From the IMG/VR virus record IMGVR_UViG_3300010938_000024: a stretch of 64,000 nucleotides of DNA. One strand, written 5' to 3'. Within the stretch, counting starts at the first letter, position 1. The number at the start of each line of letters is the position of its first letter. Shown here piece by piece: positions 1 through 9,404 of this stretch. The notes beneath the pieces are model-generated. The model was not told where the DNA came from, made no database searches, and worked only from the letters and a program-made list of their open reading frames with translations. Position numbers and translations under genes: made by a program. Source of the stretch: an uncultured virus (IMG/VR IMGVR_UViG_3300010938_000024) (lineage: Duplodnaviria; Heunggongvirae; Uroviricota; Caudoviricetes).

Positions 1-203
1 TCAATGACTTTTATTTCTGTCTCGGGTGTAAAAATTGATATTAAATCATTAATTTTGTCTTTTATATCTTCTTTATCCCCAACTGCAGGTAAAACTATTT
101 GTAGCCTTAAGTCTAAATAAACCCACCACTTATCCCCCTCCTGCTGTTCGCACAACCTCTCTATTTTCTTTTCAACTTTGTTTAAAATTATTTCTATGTC
201 CAT
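1..203 (-). CDS. hypothetical protein, partial (runs off window)
   Basis: ATG at 203 with upstream GAGG; open frame MDIEIILNKVEKK... to the window edge; not in the ORF track. Confidence 0.55.
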   Translation of the reverse strand, partial: MDIEIILNKVEKKIERLCEQQEGDKWWVYLDLRLQIVLPAVGDKEDIKDKINDLISIFTPETEIKVI

Positions 204-207
204 TTTT

Positions 208-552
208 TTAAACCTCGCCATTTATTCTAATAATTTCATTTTTATAAATATCCTCAATTGCTTCGCCTATTTTATCAATACAACATACCCCATATATACA
301 CCTCACTCCCTTCAATATTTTTACAATATCCTCAGCACTCATACATTCTTTTTGACAAATTCCACTAACTAACCTTGCTACCGTATCTAACATCGCAGTA
401 GCACATCCTCCAGCTTTGCCTAGTCTTATAAATATCTCAACTAATTTTTTATCTCTAAAATTTACAGTCAAATACACATTCCCACAATCCGTTCTAATTT
501 TTTTGGTTAAACCATACTCCACTAATTCCCTCTGCATAATTAAATCTCCCAA
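208..552 (-). CDS. stand-alone TSCPD-like domain protein (related to class II ribonucleotide reductase C-terminus)
   Basis: G-x-T-K-K-I-x-T-x-C-G-N-V-Y-L-T-V-N...EIFI.LGKAGGC...ARLVS...I.K.L.G.RC pattern. Confidence 0.75.
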   Translation of the reverse strand: MGDLIMQRELVEYGLTKKIRTDCGNVYLTVNFRDKKLVEIFIRLGKAGGCATAMLDTVARLVSGICQKECMSAEDIVKILKGVRCIYGVCCIDKIGEAIEDIYKNEIIRINGEV

Positions 553-1319
553 TTATCTTTAATATCCTGCAACAATTCATCAAAATTACATTTATTTTTC
601 TTCAATTTAGAAATCTCTATAGCTTTACAATAAGCTTGAATCTCAAAAGGACAATATTTACAAAGCCATCCAAAAGTTCTATACTCCGGAAATTTCCTTT
701 CTGAATCTTCTTTAATTTCTTTTATTTTCTTAATCATTATTTCTAATAATTCCTTCTTATTCATTATAGAACAAGAAAATTTTTTTACAGATACTAAATC
801 TGTATATATAATAAATAAATTATTAATTTCTTGTTTATATTTTTTCTCAAATAATATCTTATATATATTAACCTGCAAACTATGAGTTTTATATGGATAA
901 CTAGCTGGTATTTTACTTGTAGTTTTATAATCTATTATAGATTTATTGTATAAATTAACTTCATCTATCCTTCCATAAATCTTAACATTAGATAATTTCC
1001 CAAATACATTTAATTCAGACATAATATTATTATCATCATTCATATTCTCTAAAACTGCATGAATCCCTTTCCCTCTAAGAGCAAAAAATAAATCATCTAA
1101 ATTTACAGTATAATCAATCCTGTCTTTTAATATTAATTGCCTAGTACAAGAACCTGTAATATCCGTTACATGTATCTCCGACAGAGACCTATTCTCTGTC
1201 ATAGATTTAATCATTGAATAAGTATAATCACATAAAGGATTTCTTTTAGAACATTCTAAACAATCCCCCAGCGAAAAAATACTATTCTTTTTAGCCTTGC
1301 ATTGAATAAACTTAATCAT
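540..1319 (-). CDS. Cas4-like PD-(D/E)xK exonuclease
   Basis: G..IH, GRID, IIDYKT, Q..IY and C-terminal CKYC...C Fe-S ligands. Confidence 0.8.
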   Translation of the reverse strand: MIKFIQCKAKKNSIFSLGDCLECSKRNPLCDYTYSMIKSMTENRSLSEIHVTDITGSCTRQLILKDRIDYTVNLDDLFFALRGKGIHAVLENMNDDNNIMSELNVFGKLSNVKIYGRIDEVNLYNKSIIDYKTTSKIPASYPYKTHSLQVNIYKILFEKKYKQEINNLFIIYTDLVSVKKFSCSIMNKKELLEIMIKKIKEIKEDSERKFPEYRTFGWLCKYCPFEIQAYCKAIEISKLKKNKCNFDELLQDIKDNWEI

Positions 1320-1358
1320 CTTTTTCCTCCTAATATTTTAGTTATTAAAACTAATACC

Positions 1359-1679
1359 TTATAACAAAATATTTGTATAATAAGCTATTTGCTCTGGAGA
1401 TAATCCCATAGATAAAGCTGAATTAATTATAGAATTTAAATAATAATTTTTTGCTAATTCTGATTCCCTATTTAATAATAATTCAATATATTTACTTCTT
1501 CCACCTAAAGGAAACAATCTATCCACTAAATTCGTATAGGCTCTCATCATTCTTACATCTGGATATAATTTAGATACTTCTTCTACAACTCCAGGAAAAA
1601 AATCTTCCAAAGGAAAATACCTGGCAGCTCTACTGGAAACAACCTTTGATATTAATTCCTTACTTAATCCTGTTATCAC
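1359..1679 (-). CDS. hypothetical protein (head-gene region)
   Basis: 106-aa ORF in a co-directional cluster. Confidence 0.6.
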   Translation of the reverse strand: MITGLSKELISKVVSSRAARYFPLEDFFPGVVEEVSKLYPDVRMMRAYTNLVDRLFPLGGRSKYIELLLNRESELAKNYYLNSIINSALSMGLSPEQIAYYTNILL

Positions 1680-1691
1680 TTTAACCTTTAA

Positions 1692-2126
1692 TTAATATCT
1701 TTTGAGTATTTCTGCTTTTAATTCCTCGGGTAAATGTCTAAATAGCTGAGAACGATATTCCGGAAAAGTTCCTGTTCTATATAAATAACTTAATCTTCTT
1801 ATTTCTTCTTTTGGAATATATCTACCAGTAGATCTTCCTAAAGCTGTTGCTCCTTCTCTTACTTCTCCTTTAGAAAAATGTCCAACTATTCTCTCTAATG
1901 CTTCTGGATTAAATCTACCAGCTATTTTTAATAAAATTAATTCTTCTAATAAATCAGAAGATTCCTTTTCCAATTCCTTCATTTTTGGATAATATAAAGC
2001 TAGTATATCCTTTAATCTTAATCTTTCTCCAATATCTTCTGCTATAGATTTCCTAATCAATTTCCTATAAATTGCTTCTTCTGGAAAAAAAGCTAATTTA
2101 AATAAATTTAATAAGATTCTGTCCAT
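1692..2126 (-). CDS. hypothetical virion-associated protein with K-x-A motifs
   Basis: 144-aa ORF; LFKLA and LLKIA motifs shared with neighbours. Confidence 0.6.
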   Translation of the reverse strand: MDRILLNLFKLAFFPEEAIYRKLIRKSIAEDIGERLRLKDILALYYPKMKELEKESSDLLEELILLKIAGRFNPEALERIVGHFSKGEVREGATALGRSTGRYIPKEEIRRLSYLYRTGTFPEYRSQLFRHLPEELKAEILKRY

Positions 2127-2338
2127 TTAGGCCCCACCTTTCTATGACCAAATACAGCTTTCCTTATCTTCTGACCTAATCCTGCCTCTGAAACTGCAGG
2201 AGGCCTACCCATACCCATTCCTGTTCCTGATCCCCTACCAGGACCTTTTCCCGGCTCCACTTTAGCAATTCTCTTTTTCTCCTCTATTTGCTGAGCTTTT
2301 TTTTGCAATACTTCCTTCCAAAGATCGTAAATATTCAT
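2108..2338 (-). CDS. small basic Gly-rich protein
   Basis: SD AAGGAG; N-terminus MNIYDLWKEVLQKKA resembles that of the adjacent gene (MNFYESLWKEALEKAA). Confidence 0.65.
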   Translation of the reverse strand: MNIYDLWKEVLQKKAQQIEEKKRIAKVEPGKGPGRGSGTGMGMGRPPAVSEAGLGQKIRKAVFGHRKVGPKWTESY

Positions 2339-2353
2339 TTTTAAATTCTCCTT

Positions 2354-3610
2354 TTATTTCTTTGGTAGTCTTTTTCTCTCTCTCAATTCCGTCTTCGTCA
2401 TAGTTCTTCCAATTCTCTCCTCTTTCTTTTCCTTTAAATCAGGATACCTAGCATATACAGCTCTCCTCACTCTTTCCCTTTCTGAAGGAGTTCCATGCTG
2501 AGAAACACGAGCTAAGGCGTTCCTGGCATGAGAATTATGAACAAAAACACCCGCTGAAATTGCAAAATTATTAACTCCAGGAACTTCTAAATCATAAACA
2601 TCTGCATATCCAGCGTCTTTTACTGAAATAACTTTATGATTAGAATAAATCGCAAATTTTGTAGGATAATTCAATCTACGAAATCTTTGTTTAATAGTAG
2701 TAACACTTATATTATATTTTTTTGCAAGATTCTTATAAGATTCCCCTGCTAAATAAGCTTTATAAATTTCCCTAATTTCATCATCATTAAGCTTTAATTT
2801 CCGCTCAGTAATTTTTCTTGATATAAAGAATATTCTACCATCTTCTTTTCTTCTTTGATTTTCTCTTTTCATAAATTCAGATTGTTTCTTTTTTGCATCA
2901 GGTTTAGACCACCTGACTAATGATGCTTTGCGTGTTTTATCTGAATTATAATATCCATTAATTTCAGCATGAAGTCTGCAATGCACTGCTCTACTCATGT
3001 ATTCAAGATTATCCGGAATATTGTTAAAACTATTTAGATCTTTATGATGAACAACTTCATTTGCAGTCTTAGGTAATCCCTGAATCTCTCTACATACCAT
3101 ATGTTGTACTGGTTCCCAAAAACTGTACCAAGGTTGATAAATCTTTAAATAAGGTTTTCTACCATAAAATTTTTCAACTTTCGTAATAAAAGGCATTAAA
3201 GATGTTCCAGGAGCTAATTGATTAGCAAGAACATATTTTCCATCAATTGTTAAAAATGGATGATTATCAGTACATATTATCTCTTTATTATTGTCCAGCA
3301 CTATTTTGTAAATCTTAGCATTCTCAATAGTTTTTCTAATATTAGTAGCTTTCGCTGGAACTACTGCATGCTTATCTAAATCATAAGCATATATCCATAC
3401 TTCTTTACCTACAAGATCTTTTATAGGAACCTCTTCTCCACTTAATAAAGGAATAAGAGTATCTCCATGCAAACACTTATCATGTATCGGATATTTGCGC
3501 TCCTCAGGAATTGCAAACTCACTGGAAGAAATTCTTTCTCTTTCTTTGTATGTTAGTTTTTTAGCTGCCTTCTCTAAGGCCTCTTTCCATAAACTTTCAT
3601 AAAAATTCAT
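2354..3610 (-). CDS. small DUF6582-like phage protein interrupted by an HNH-containing intein
   Basis: Exteins FAIPEERKYPIHDK / SHARNALARVSQ join into a 104-aa protein; intein CLHGDT...FVHN in between. Confidence 0.85.
   Translation of the reverse strand: MNFYESLWKEALEKAAKKLTYKERERISSSEFAIPEERKYPIHDKCLHGDTLIPLLSGEEVPIKDLVGKEVWIYAYDLDKHAVVPAKATNIRKTIENAKIYKIVLDNNKEIICTDNHPFLTIDGKYVLANQLAPGTSLMPFITKVEKFYGRKPYLKIYQPWYSFWEPVQHMVCREIQGLPKTANEVVHHKDLNSFNNIPDNLEYMSRAVHCRLHAEINGYYNSDKTRKASLVRWSKPDAKKKQSEFMKRENQRRKEDGRIFFISRKITERKLKLNDDEIREIYKAYLAGESYKNLAKKYNISVTTIKQRFRRLNYPTKFAIYSNHKVISVKDAGYADVYDLEVPGVNNFAISAGVFVHNSHARNALARVSQHGTPSERERVRRAVYARYPDLKEKKEERIGRTMTKTELRERKRLPKK
2534..3475 (-). mobile_element. 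intein (314 aa) with HNH homing endonuclease
   Basis: Block A CLHGDT, block B T.NHPF, block F/G VYDLEV...NF...GVFVHN followed by Ser; internal VHHKD.N..NN..DNL.....H...H. Confidence 0.9.
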
Positions 3611-3626
3611 AACTAAACACCTCCAT

Positions 3627-4724
3627 TTATTTTAATTTTATTTTTTCTTCTTCTTTTATTACAGAACCATCATCTGTTAGTCTGGTAGATAATTTTCTTG
3701 CAAAAGGATCAGCTTTTATCGCATCTACTACTTGCTGTGCTGTTGCACCACCACCTACTTTTGCAAGCCAGGAATACAAATCCGTTGCTGGATTCGGGTC
3801 TGGAACTATAGCACCATTCGGAACATTCTGTGTAAGAATATGCCATTCACCCGTCTGTAAATTTATCCCTACATACAAATTCTCATAAAATCTTACCTCT
3901 GCTGTAGAACCTGGCTTTCTTTCTACAAGCACTATATCATTCGGGTCAGGAAAAACATTAGGGTCGTAACCAAAGAAAAATACACAATGATTAAATACCA
4001 TTCCTCCTAGAACCGAATTTCCTCCGTATTTAACCAGTCTTGTATTAGCATTCAGAATTAGAGTAAGAAACATACATTCCTCTGCATAAATAGAAGAGCT
4101 ATCAACATCAAGCATATTAAAAATTCCAGGAGTGGAGGGCATTCCAGAAAAAGGAATTCCTGCAATTACCACTCGCTTTAAATTCAAGTTCCATCCAGGA
4201 GAGCAAATAACAGAACATTCATTCGTATTTCCATCCAGCAATATTAAATCCACTATTAACACTCCATCTATTAAATAAAACATTGGACCATTTAAATATA
4301 CTAATGTCCTAAAATTAGGAATAACAGAACCAGTTCCTCCTGCAAATAATCCAAATCCGTGCATATAAAGTGATATATAATTTCTAAAACACGGATAACC
4401 TCCAAAATCTGCAGGTTGAAATCCTATTTCCCATAAATGGGGAGACATTAGTGGTGTAAAAAAATCACCTCTCAATGCGTTCAATAATACCATTTCCTTT
4501 GGCATATAGGAACGCATTTCAATAATTTTATTTACTACGAATCCACTTCCCCCTGTATAACTTGTATATCCTTTCAATAAAACACTTCTTGGACTGTTGG
4601 AAAAACTAGCAATACCATCCATTCTATCTAATGTTCGCACAGGACCAATAGGTGGAATGTAATCAGGAATAACCCCTTCCCATTCATCATTACCACTATC
4701 AAAATCTACATATATCTTTTTCAT
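3627..4724 (-). CDS. putative virion/tail protein, beta-helix-like
   Basis: N-terminal IYVD..SGND...G....P..TL motif typical of beta-helix virion proteins. Confidence 0.55.
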   Translation of the reverse strand: MKKIYVDFDSGNDEWEGVIPDYIPPIGPVRTLDRMDGIASFSNSPRSVLLKGYTSYTGGSGFVVNKIIEMRSYMPKEMVLLNALRGDFFTPLMSPHLWEIGFQPADFGGYPCFRNYISLYMHGFGLFAGGTGSVIPNFRTLVYLNGPMFYLIDGVLIVDLILLDGNTNECSVICSPGWNLNLKRVVIAGIPFSGMPSTPGIFNMLDVDSSSIYAEECMFLTLILNANTRLVKYGGNSVLGGMVFNHCVFFFGYDPNVFPDPNDIVLVERKPGSTAEVRFYENLYVGINLQTGEWHILTQNVPNGAIVPDPNPATDLYSWLAKVGGGATAQQVVDAIKADPFARKLSTRLTDDGSVIKEEEKIKLK

Positions 4725-5054
4725 TTATGTTTCCACCGATTTTATCAATTCTGCAATTTCCGAGAGCGTATATCCTTCCACTTGATCTTCTCGCCTTACA
4801 GTAACAAAACCACTCCCAGAAACCTCACTAACAAAACTACCTACCATATCATACTCAGTATTAAATAATACCGCATAATATCCATATCCCAACTCCATCC
4901 AATTATCCACAGTCATTATTTTAGTTCCTATAAGCCAACCATTTTTAATATATCTAACAGTAACCCCTGTATAAGGAACGCCTAATACAGGATTACCATT
5001 TGTATCCTGCAGGTAAAACACTAACCAGGTCATTGAATTTGCTTTTATTATCAT
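4725..5054 (-). CDS. putative virion Ig-like protein
   Basis: beta-rich sequence, D..G.PV.G and W.E.G.G.Y motifs. Confidence 0.5.
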   Translation of the reverse strand: MIIKANSMTWLVFYLQDTNGNPVLGVPYTGVTVRYIKNGWLIGTKIMTVDNWMELGYGYYAVLFNTEYDMVGSFVSEVSGSGFVTVRREDQVEGYTLSEIAELIKSVET

Positions 5055-5386
5055 AGCACATAAACTGCCAATTTATTTTCTACTAACAAATCATTAAGAT
5101 TTTTTCCGTCTGGTAAATATATTTCTACTAAATATCTACCATATTTATCTTTTTTATCTTTAACTGTTCTAATCTGATAGTATTTTCCAACCTCTAAAGA
5201 AGATTCAACAAATTTTTTTGCAAGATTTCCTAATTGTTCATCTTTTCCCTTCAATTCATATGCATTAATCCTGCACAATCTAAATATCTGATTTTTTAAT
5301 TCTAAATTAAATCCCAAATCAATAGATAATACAACCGTATCTCCATCTATTACTTTCTCAACCTTTGCTAAATAAGTATATAACAT
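5051..5386 (-). CDS. thermonuclease (SNase family)
   Basis: KVIDGDTV, RL..INAYE, DKYGRYL, LN..LV...LA. Confidence 0.9.
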   Translation of the reverse strand: MLYTYLAKVEKVIDGDTVVLSIDLGFNLELKNQIFRLCRINAYELKGKDEQLGNLAKKFVESSLEVGKYYQIRTVKDKKDKYGRYLVEIYLPDGKNLNDLLVENKLAVYVL

Positions 5387-5429
5387 TCTAAGTTTAATTA
5401 TATTACTAAATTATTTACAAAATCAAGAA

Positions 5430-5501
5430 TAAATAGCAATCCTGGAAAAACCAGGATTGCCCAGGAGGACTATTATGAAGAAAAAAGCAGATTAAATTAA
5501 A
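5430..5501 (-). ncRNA. candidate anti-RBS small RNA 1 (or structured 3'UTR)
   Basis: Extended -10 TGATATAAT at 5516-5508; body UUCUUCAUAAUAGUCCUCCU; 10-bp hairpin 5436-5460 followed by a U-rich tail. Confidence 0.45.
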
Positions 5502-6322
5502 CTTCTAATTATATCAGCCAATATTGCAGAAGGAGTATCAGGAACAACAATTTCATGATCAACTCTAGCCGGCAATATCTTTACTCTTATTGTAGAATTT
5601 CTAATCACATCAAAATAAACATATCCCGTAGCATCAGTTAAAAATATTTTACTATTCCAAGTTAATAATTTATCAGATGAAACTTGAGGTAATTTTACTA
5701 TATCAACTATTACTTGAACATTTTCTGCAGGATTTATCATAAAATCAATTAAATTAACATGTATCCTGCACATAGCAGGATCTGGTGCAGGACTATAAAT
5801 TAAAGGAATTCCCGTATAATCTAAATTCATATTTGCATTTAAAAACAAAGAATAAAAATTAAAAGAATATCCAGGCTTAAATCCCATTATTTTATAATTT
5901 CCTTGAGGCAATACAAATTGAACAAATCCATTAGAATCAGTCATTTTACCAGTTATAAAAATATTAGTATCATTATAAATATAAACAATTGCAAAAGGTA
6001 TTGTATTTGGAACAGGATTATTATCTTTGACTGTTATATTTAATATATAACCTCCTCCTCCTGCTTCCTGTGATATGTCTTTTACCGAAAAGGATCCTAC
6101 AGTTATATCACTTCCCCATGTAATAACATAAAAATAATTACCCACAGACAAAGTACCAGCATCAAAATAATATAAATAAAAAGTCCCTGGGATTAAAATC
6201 CCACTTCCTGAAGATATTGTATTTCCATTTAAATCTTTTATCTCTATAGTTGGAACTGGAGAAGATAAAGGAACTTCCCATATCAAAACTACATTTTCAT
6301 TTTTTAAAAAAAAGTTATTCAT
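5492..6322 (-). CDS. virion protein with Ig/carboxypeptidase-regulatory-like domains
   Basis: Repeated TD..G.V.F motifs, L..G.Y.I...K.GY. Confidence 0.65.
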   Translation of the reverse strand: MNNFFLKNENVVLIWEVPLSSPVPTIEIKDLNGNTISSGSGILIPGTFYLYYFDAGTLSVGNYFYVITWGSDITVGSFSVKDISQEAGGGGYILNITVKDNNPVPNTIPFAIVYIYNDTNIFITGKMTDSNGFVQFVLPQGNYKIMGFKPGYSFNFYSLFLNANMNLDYTGIPLIYSPAPDPAMCRIHVNLIDFMINPAENVQVIVDIVKLPQVSSDKLLTWNSKIFLTDATGYVYFDVIRNSTIRVKILPARVDHEIVVPDTPSAILADIIRSLI

Positions 6323-6328
6323 CTCTAT

Positions 6329-6823
6329 CTAATAAAATAAATATCCTGCAAAATAAGGCAAATTTTCTTTAGTTACTTTCCAACCCATACCAGGATGTAA
6401 ATACTCTGCAGCTCTATATCCATAAACATTTGCAATTGCCTCATTTATAATATCCGGCACATCCACAGATTTATATATACCATAAGCCTTTAATAAGTCA
6501 AGTGCTTTAAAAGGATTTCTCTTAAAAAGCAAATACAATAAAGCCCCTCCTGCACTTAAAGGCTTTAAAAATCTAAGAGAAGGCAAAGCCTCTACCGCAG
6601 GAAGTTCTTTTGCCGTTATTAAATGACCAACTTCATGAGCTAAAGCAGCTATATCACTTGGATCTTTTATATATATATTAGAAGGCTCTGACATAATATC
6701 CGGAGCAAATCTAATTTTATCATAAGGTCCTTTCCTAACAATAGGAGAAGGAATTCCATATTGAGAAGCTACCATATTTGCCATAGATTGCAACTGCGAT
6801 ATAGTAGATAATTTAAATAACAT
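6329..6823 (-). CDS. putative zinc metallopeptidase (HExxH)
   Basis: LAHEVGH plus downstream NEAIAN third ligand. Confidence 0.6.
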   Translation of the reverse strand: MLFKLSTISQLQSMANMVASQYGIPSPIVRKGPYDKIRFAPDIMSEPSNIYIKDPSDIAALAHEVGHLITAKELPAVEALPSLRFLKPLSAGGALLYLLFKRNPFKALDLLKAYGIYKSVDVPDIINEAIANVYGYRAAEYLHPGMGWKVTKENLPYFAGYLFY

Positions 6824-6826
6824 TTT

Positions 6827-7168
6827 CTATCCCATCTCCACTACTTTTTTCGGGTTAAATGACTTCTTCTCTTTCATAGATTTATTAATAGATTCCTCTA
6901 TTTTTATTATATCTTCAAACCCAACAGCTTTAGACCTCTCAGATACAATCATATATTCTACCAGATAAAAAACAGTATCTCTGGTATTTTGTATGCTGGT
7001 TCTTATTATATGATTTTTTGAATCATTCATAATATTCTCTAATTCTTCTCTATCTTTCGGATTCTGCAAATCTAATAAATTTATTTTATAAATATCTTTT
7101 TTAGATTCTACAGGCTTATCCTCTGATTTTTTATTTGTTATATTATCCTGTTTTTTAGGTCTTGCCAT
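6827..7168 (-). CDS. hypothetical protein (start revised to MARPKK)
   Basis: TTGAAA-17-TATAAT promoter lies 9 nt upstream of the ATG at 7168, inside the longer ORF-track call. Confidence 0.55.
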   Translation of the reverse strand: MARPKKQDNITNKKSEDKPVESKKDIYKINLLDLQNPKDREELENIMNDSKNHIIRTSIQNTRDTVFYLVEYMIVSERSKAVGFEDIIKIEESINKSMKEKKSFNPKKVVEMG

Positions 7169-7311
7169 TTTTCTAATATTATACCCCAAATAAAACTTAT
7201 TTTCAAGAAAAAATATGTTATAAGGAAAATTGTTAAACTTCTCCCGTTTTATATCCACCTCAAATTCTTTTTTTCCAAATTGAAACCCTACCCAAAAGGA
7301 GGTGATATAAA

Positions 7312-7467
7312 ATGTTCAGAGAAGTCTTAACATTGCTGGGAAGTTCATTAGGAGCCTGGCTAGGTCATGAAGTAGATTCATATATAACAAGTAAAAGAAA
7401 CCTAGACAGATATGAACCTTCCCAGTATGATGATGATGATAACCAATCCAACAACGACGAAGAGTAA
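7312..7467 (+). CDS. 51-aa protein with hydrophobic Gly-rich N-terminus and acidic tail
   Basis: SD AAGGAGGTGA, ORF MFREVLTLLGSSLGAWLGHE...YDDDDNQSNNDEE, followed by a terminator; not in the ORF track. Confidence 0.7.
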   Translation: MFREVLTLLGSSLGAWLGHEVDSYITSKRNLDRYEPSQYDDDDNQSNNDEE

Positions 7468-7493
7468 AAAACAATCTAAAAGATTGTAAAACC

Positions 7494-7530
7494 AAAAAAG
7501 GGGGAAAACTTTTCCCCCTTTCTTTTTTTT
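7494..7530. terminator. bidirectional intrinsic terminator
   Basis: A-run, GGGGGAAAA/TTTTCCCCC stem, T-run between convergent genes. Confidence 0.85.
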
Positions 7531-7538
7531 GTCTTTTT

Positions 7539-9404
7539 TCATACTATTTTAGACTCTTCACCTCTTCTTGGAGGTTTTTGCTCTGGCAAAATTTCTCCTT
7601 GTTGACCTTCTGCAGTAGTCTTCTGAACTCCTATTTTATCAAATACTTTTTTTGCCAGTTTATAAAAATTCGGCATTTTCTCTTTCATATATTCCATATA
7701 CATATTCCTTTCTGATTCTTTTAAAGTATTCATCTTAGCTATCATTTCAATTATAAAAGGAGGTAAAGACATAAATTCCTCTTTTGTAAGAGGTGATTCT
7801 GCCATTGCTAAATTCCTCATCAAATCTACATAAATAGGAGTTGTTCCTAATATTTTCTGGGATTCAATTTGAGCCTCTGCATCAGATCTTAACATAGATA
7901 TATTTAATTTTTTTATTTTATCCATATCCGAAATCATAGTGTCTATCTCCGAACTAAAATCTATACCAAATTCATTTAAAGCAGTTGTCCAACTTATCTT
8001 ATTATTCTGTGCTAAATTCATATAAAGAGTCTGTCTGGGTATATCATCCGCCATACGCATATCTGTCAAATCATATGTGTATTTGCTTAAATCTCCTAAT
8101 TCATAAATAGTAGCAATTCTGTCTTTTATAAATTTTAATAATCCCCTAAATAAAAAAGTAATATTTTTAAACTGATTCTCTAACATACGCAATGAAATTG
8201 ATGCACCAGACCAACTCATAGAACCTTCTACAAACTCCAAAGGAACTTCACATTCTCTAACTATCCTCTTTTCTAAATAATTCAATAAACCAGGAATATC
8301 CATCGTCATAGACTCATTCCCTATTAACTTAAGCTCTATAGGAATCGGCAAAAACTTCAAAGCATTCGGAAACCTCTTCCATGTAACCATAGCTTCCGCT
8401 ATTTCAGATTTCAACCTTGAATAATTTATAAATTGTGCCGGATCTCCGGCTGCTGTAGGCATAGGAAATATAAATCTGTAAGGTATAGTTCTTTCTATTA
8501 CTAACATATCCAATGTTTTTCTCAAGGCATAATAAGTAAATATATCTTTTAGACTTCTGTATGGTAGAGGCATACCCCATTTAGATTGCCAAGCAAAAGG
8601 TCCAGGTCTTAATCTGGTAAAAATAAAATCCTTTTTAAAAATAATAGACTTCTTTTCTTTAGCAGCTTGAATAATCACATAAGGAACAGTCATTAAATAC
8701 TGATTTACTATTTTTTTTGCCTCGTCTGGTGATTTAGTGCTTAATGTAACATCCACACCATAAGATAAGAAAGCACCTCCAGGCTCAACTCCTATCTTCT
8801 GCAAAAATCTTTTAGGAATTCTATAAAAATACCTGTCTTCCCCAAACTCAGTATCATCTATCTCTATATCATTAGGATTCCAAATCTTAATAATAGCATT
8901 TTCAGGAGATGATTTTATTACATCTCTTACCGAAAACTCTATTCTCTTAGAACCACATTTAGGACAATCTCCCTTAAATTTATATTCCACAAATTCAAAA
9001 TTAGGAACTTTATCCATCGGAAGCTCACCTGAACATTTCTTACAAACTAAATATCTGGTAAATCCAGGTAAAACCGAAACTCCCACAAATCCATACATCA
9101 AATAATGAATCGCAGACATTATCAAAATTGTATTTATATCTTTATCATTAAGTATTTCTAAAAAATTCCTGCTTGTCTTATCCTCAGGAGTAACTATTAC
9201 CTCTGTCACTGGATAAATAGCCATTTTTGAAATTATTGTTGATAAAAAACCATCTGTAGCTGAAAAAAACTCAATCCACCTAAATAATCTTTTTATATCT
9301 GGAACTTTTAAATATAAAGGGTCAAAAAATATATTCGGATAAAAAGCCCTTGATACATCATATATCAACTCAGGTATTTGATACGGAATCTCAGACATTT
9401 TCAA
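7539..9404 (-). CDS. portal protein (with Zn-ribbon insertion)
   Basis: 621 aa; I.K...YP, WGMP...., alpha-helical C-terminal half, CxxC...CxxC insert; head-gene context. Confidence 0.7.
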   Translation of the reverse strand: MKMSEIPYQIPELIYDVSRAFYPNIFFDPLYLKVPDIKRLFRWIEFFSATDGFLSTIISKMAIYPVTEVIVTPEDKTSRNFLEILNDKDINTILIMSAIHYLMYGFVGVSVLPGFTRYLVCKKCSGELPMDKVPNFEFVEYKFKGDCPKCGSKRIEFSVRDVIKSSPENAIIKIWNPNDIEIDDTEFGEDRYFYRIPKRFLQKIGVEPGGAFLSYGVDVTLSTKSPDEAKKIVNQYLMTVPYVIIQAAKEKKSIIFKKDFIFTRLRPGPFAWQSKWGMPLPYRSLKDIFTYYALRKTLDMLVIERTIPYRFIFPMPTAAGDPAQFINYSRLKSEIAEAMVTWKRFPNALKFLPIPIELKLIGNESMTMDIPGLLNYLEKRIVRECEVPLEFVEGSMSWSGASISLRMLENQFKNITFLFRGLLKFIKDRIATIYELGDLSKYTYDLTDMRMADDIPRQTLYMNLAQNNKISWTTALNEFGIDFSSEIDTMISDMDKIKKLNISMLRSDAEAQIESQKILGTTPIYVDLMRNLAMAESPLTKEEFMSLPPFIIEMIAKMNTLKESERNMYMEYMKEKMPNFYKLAKKVFDKIGVQKTTAEGQQGEILPEQKPPRRGEESKIV

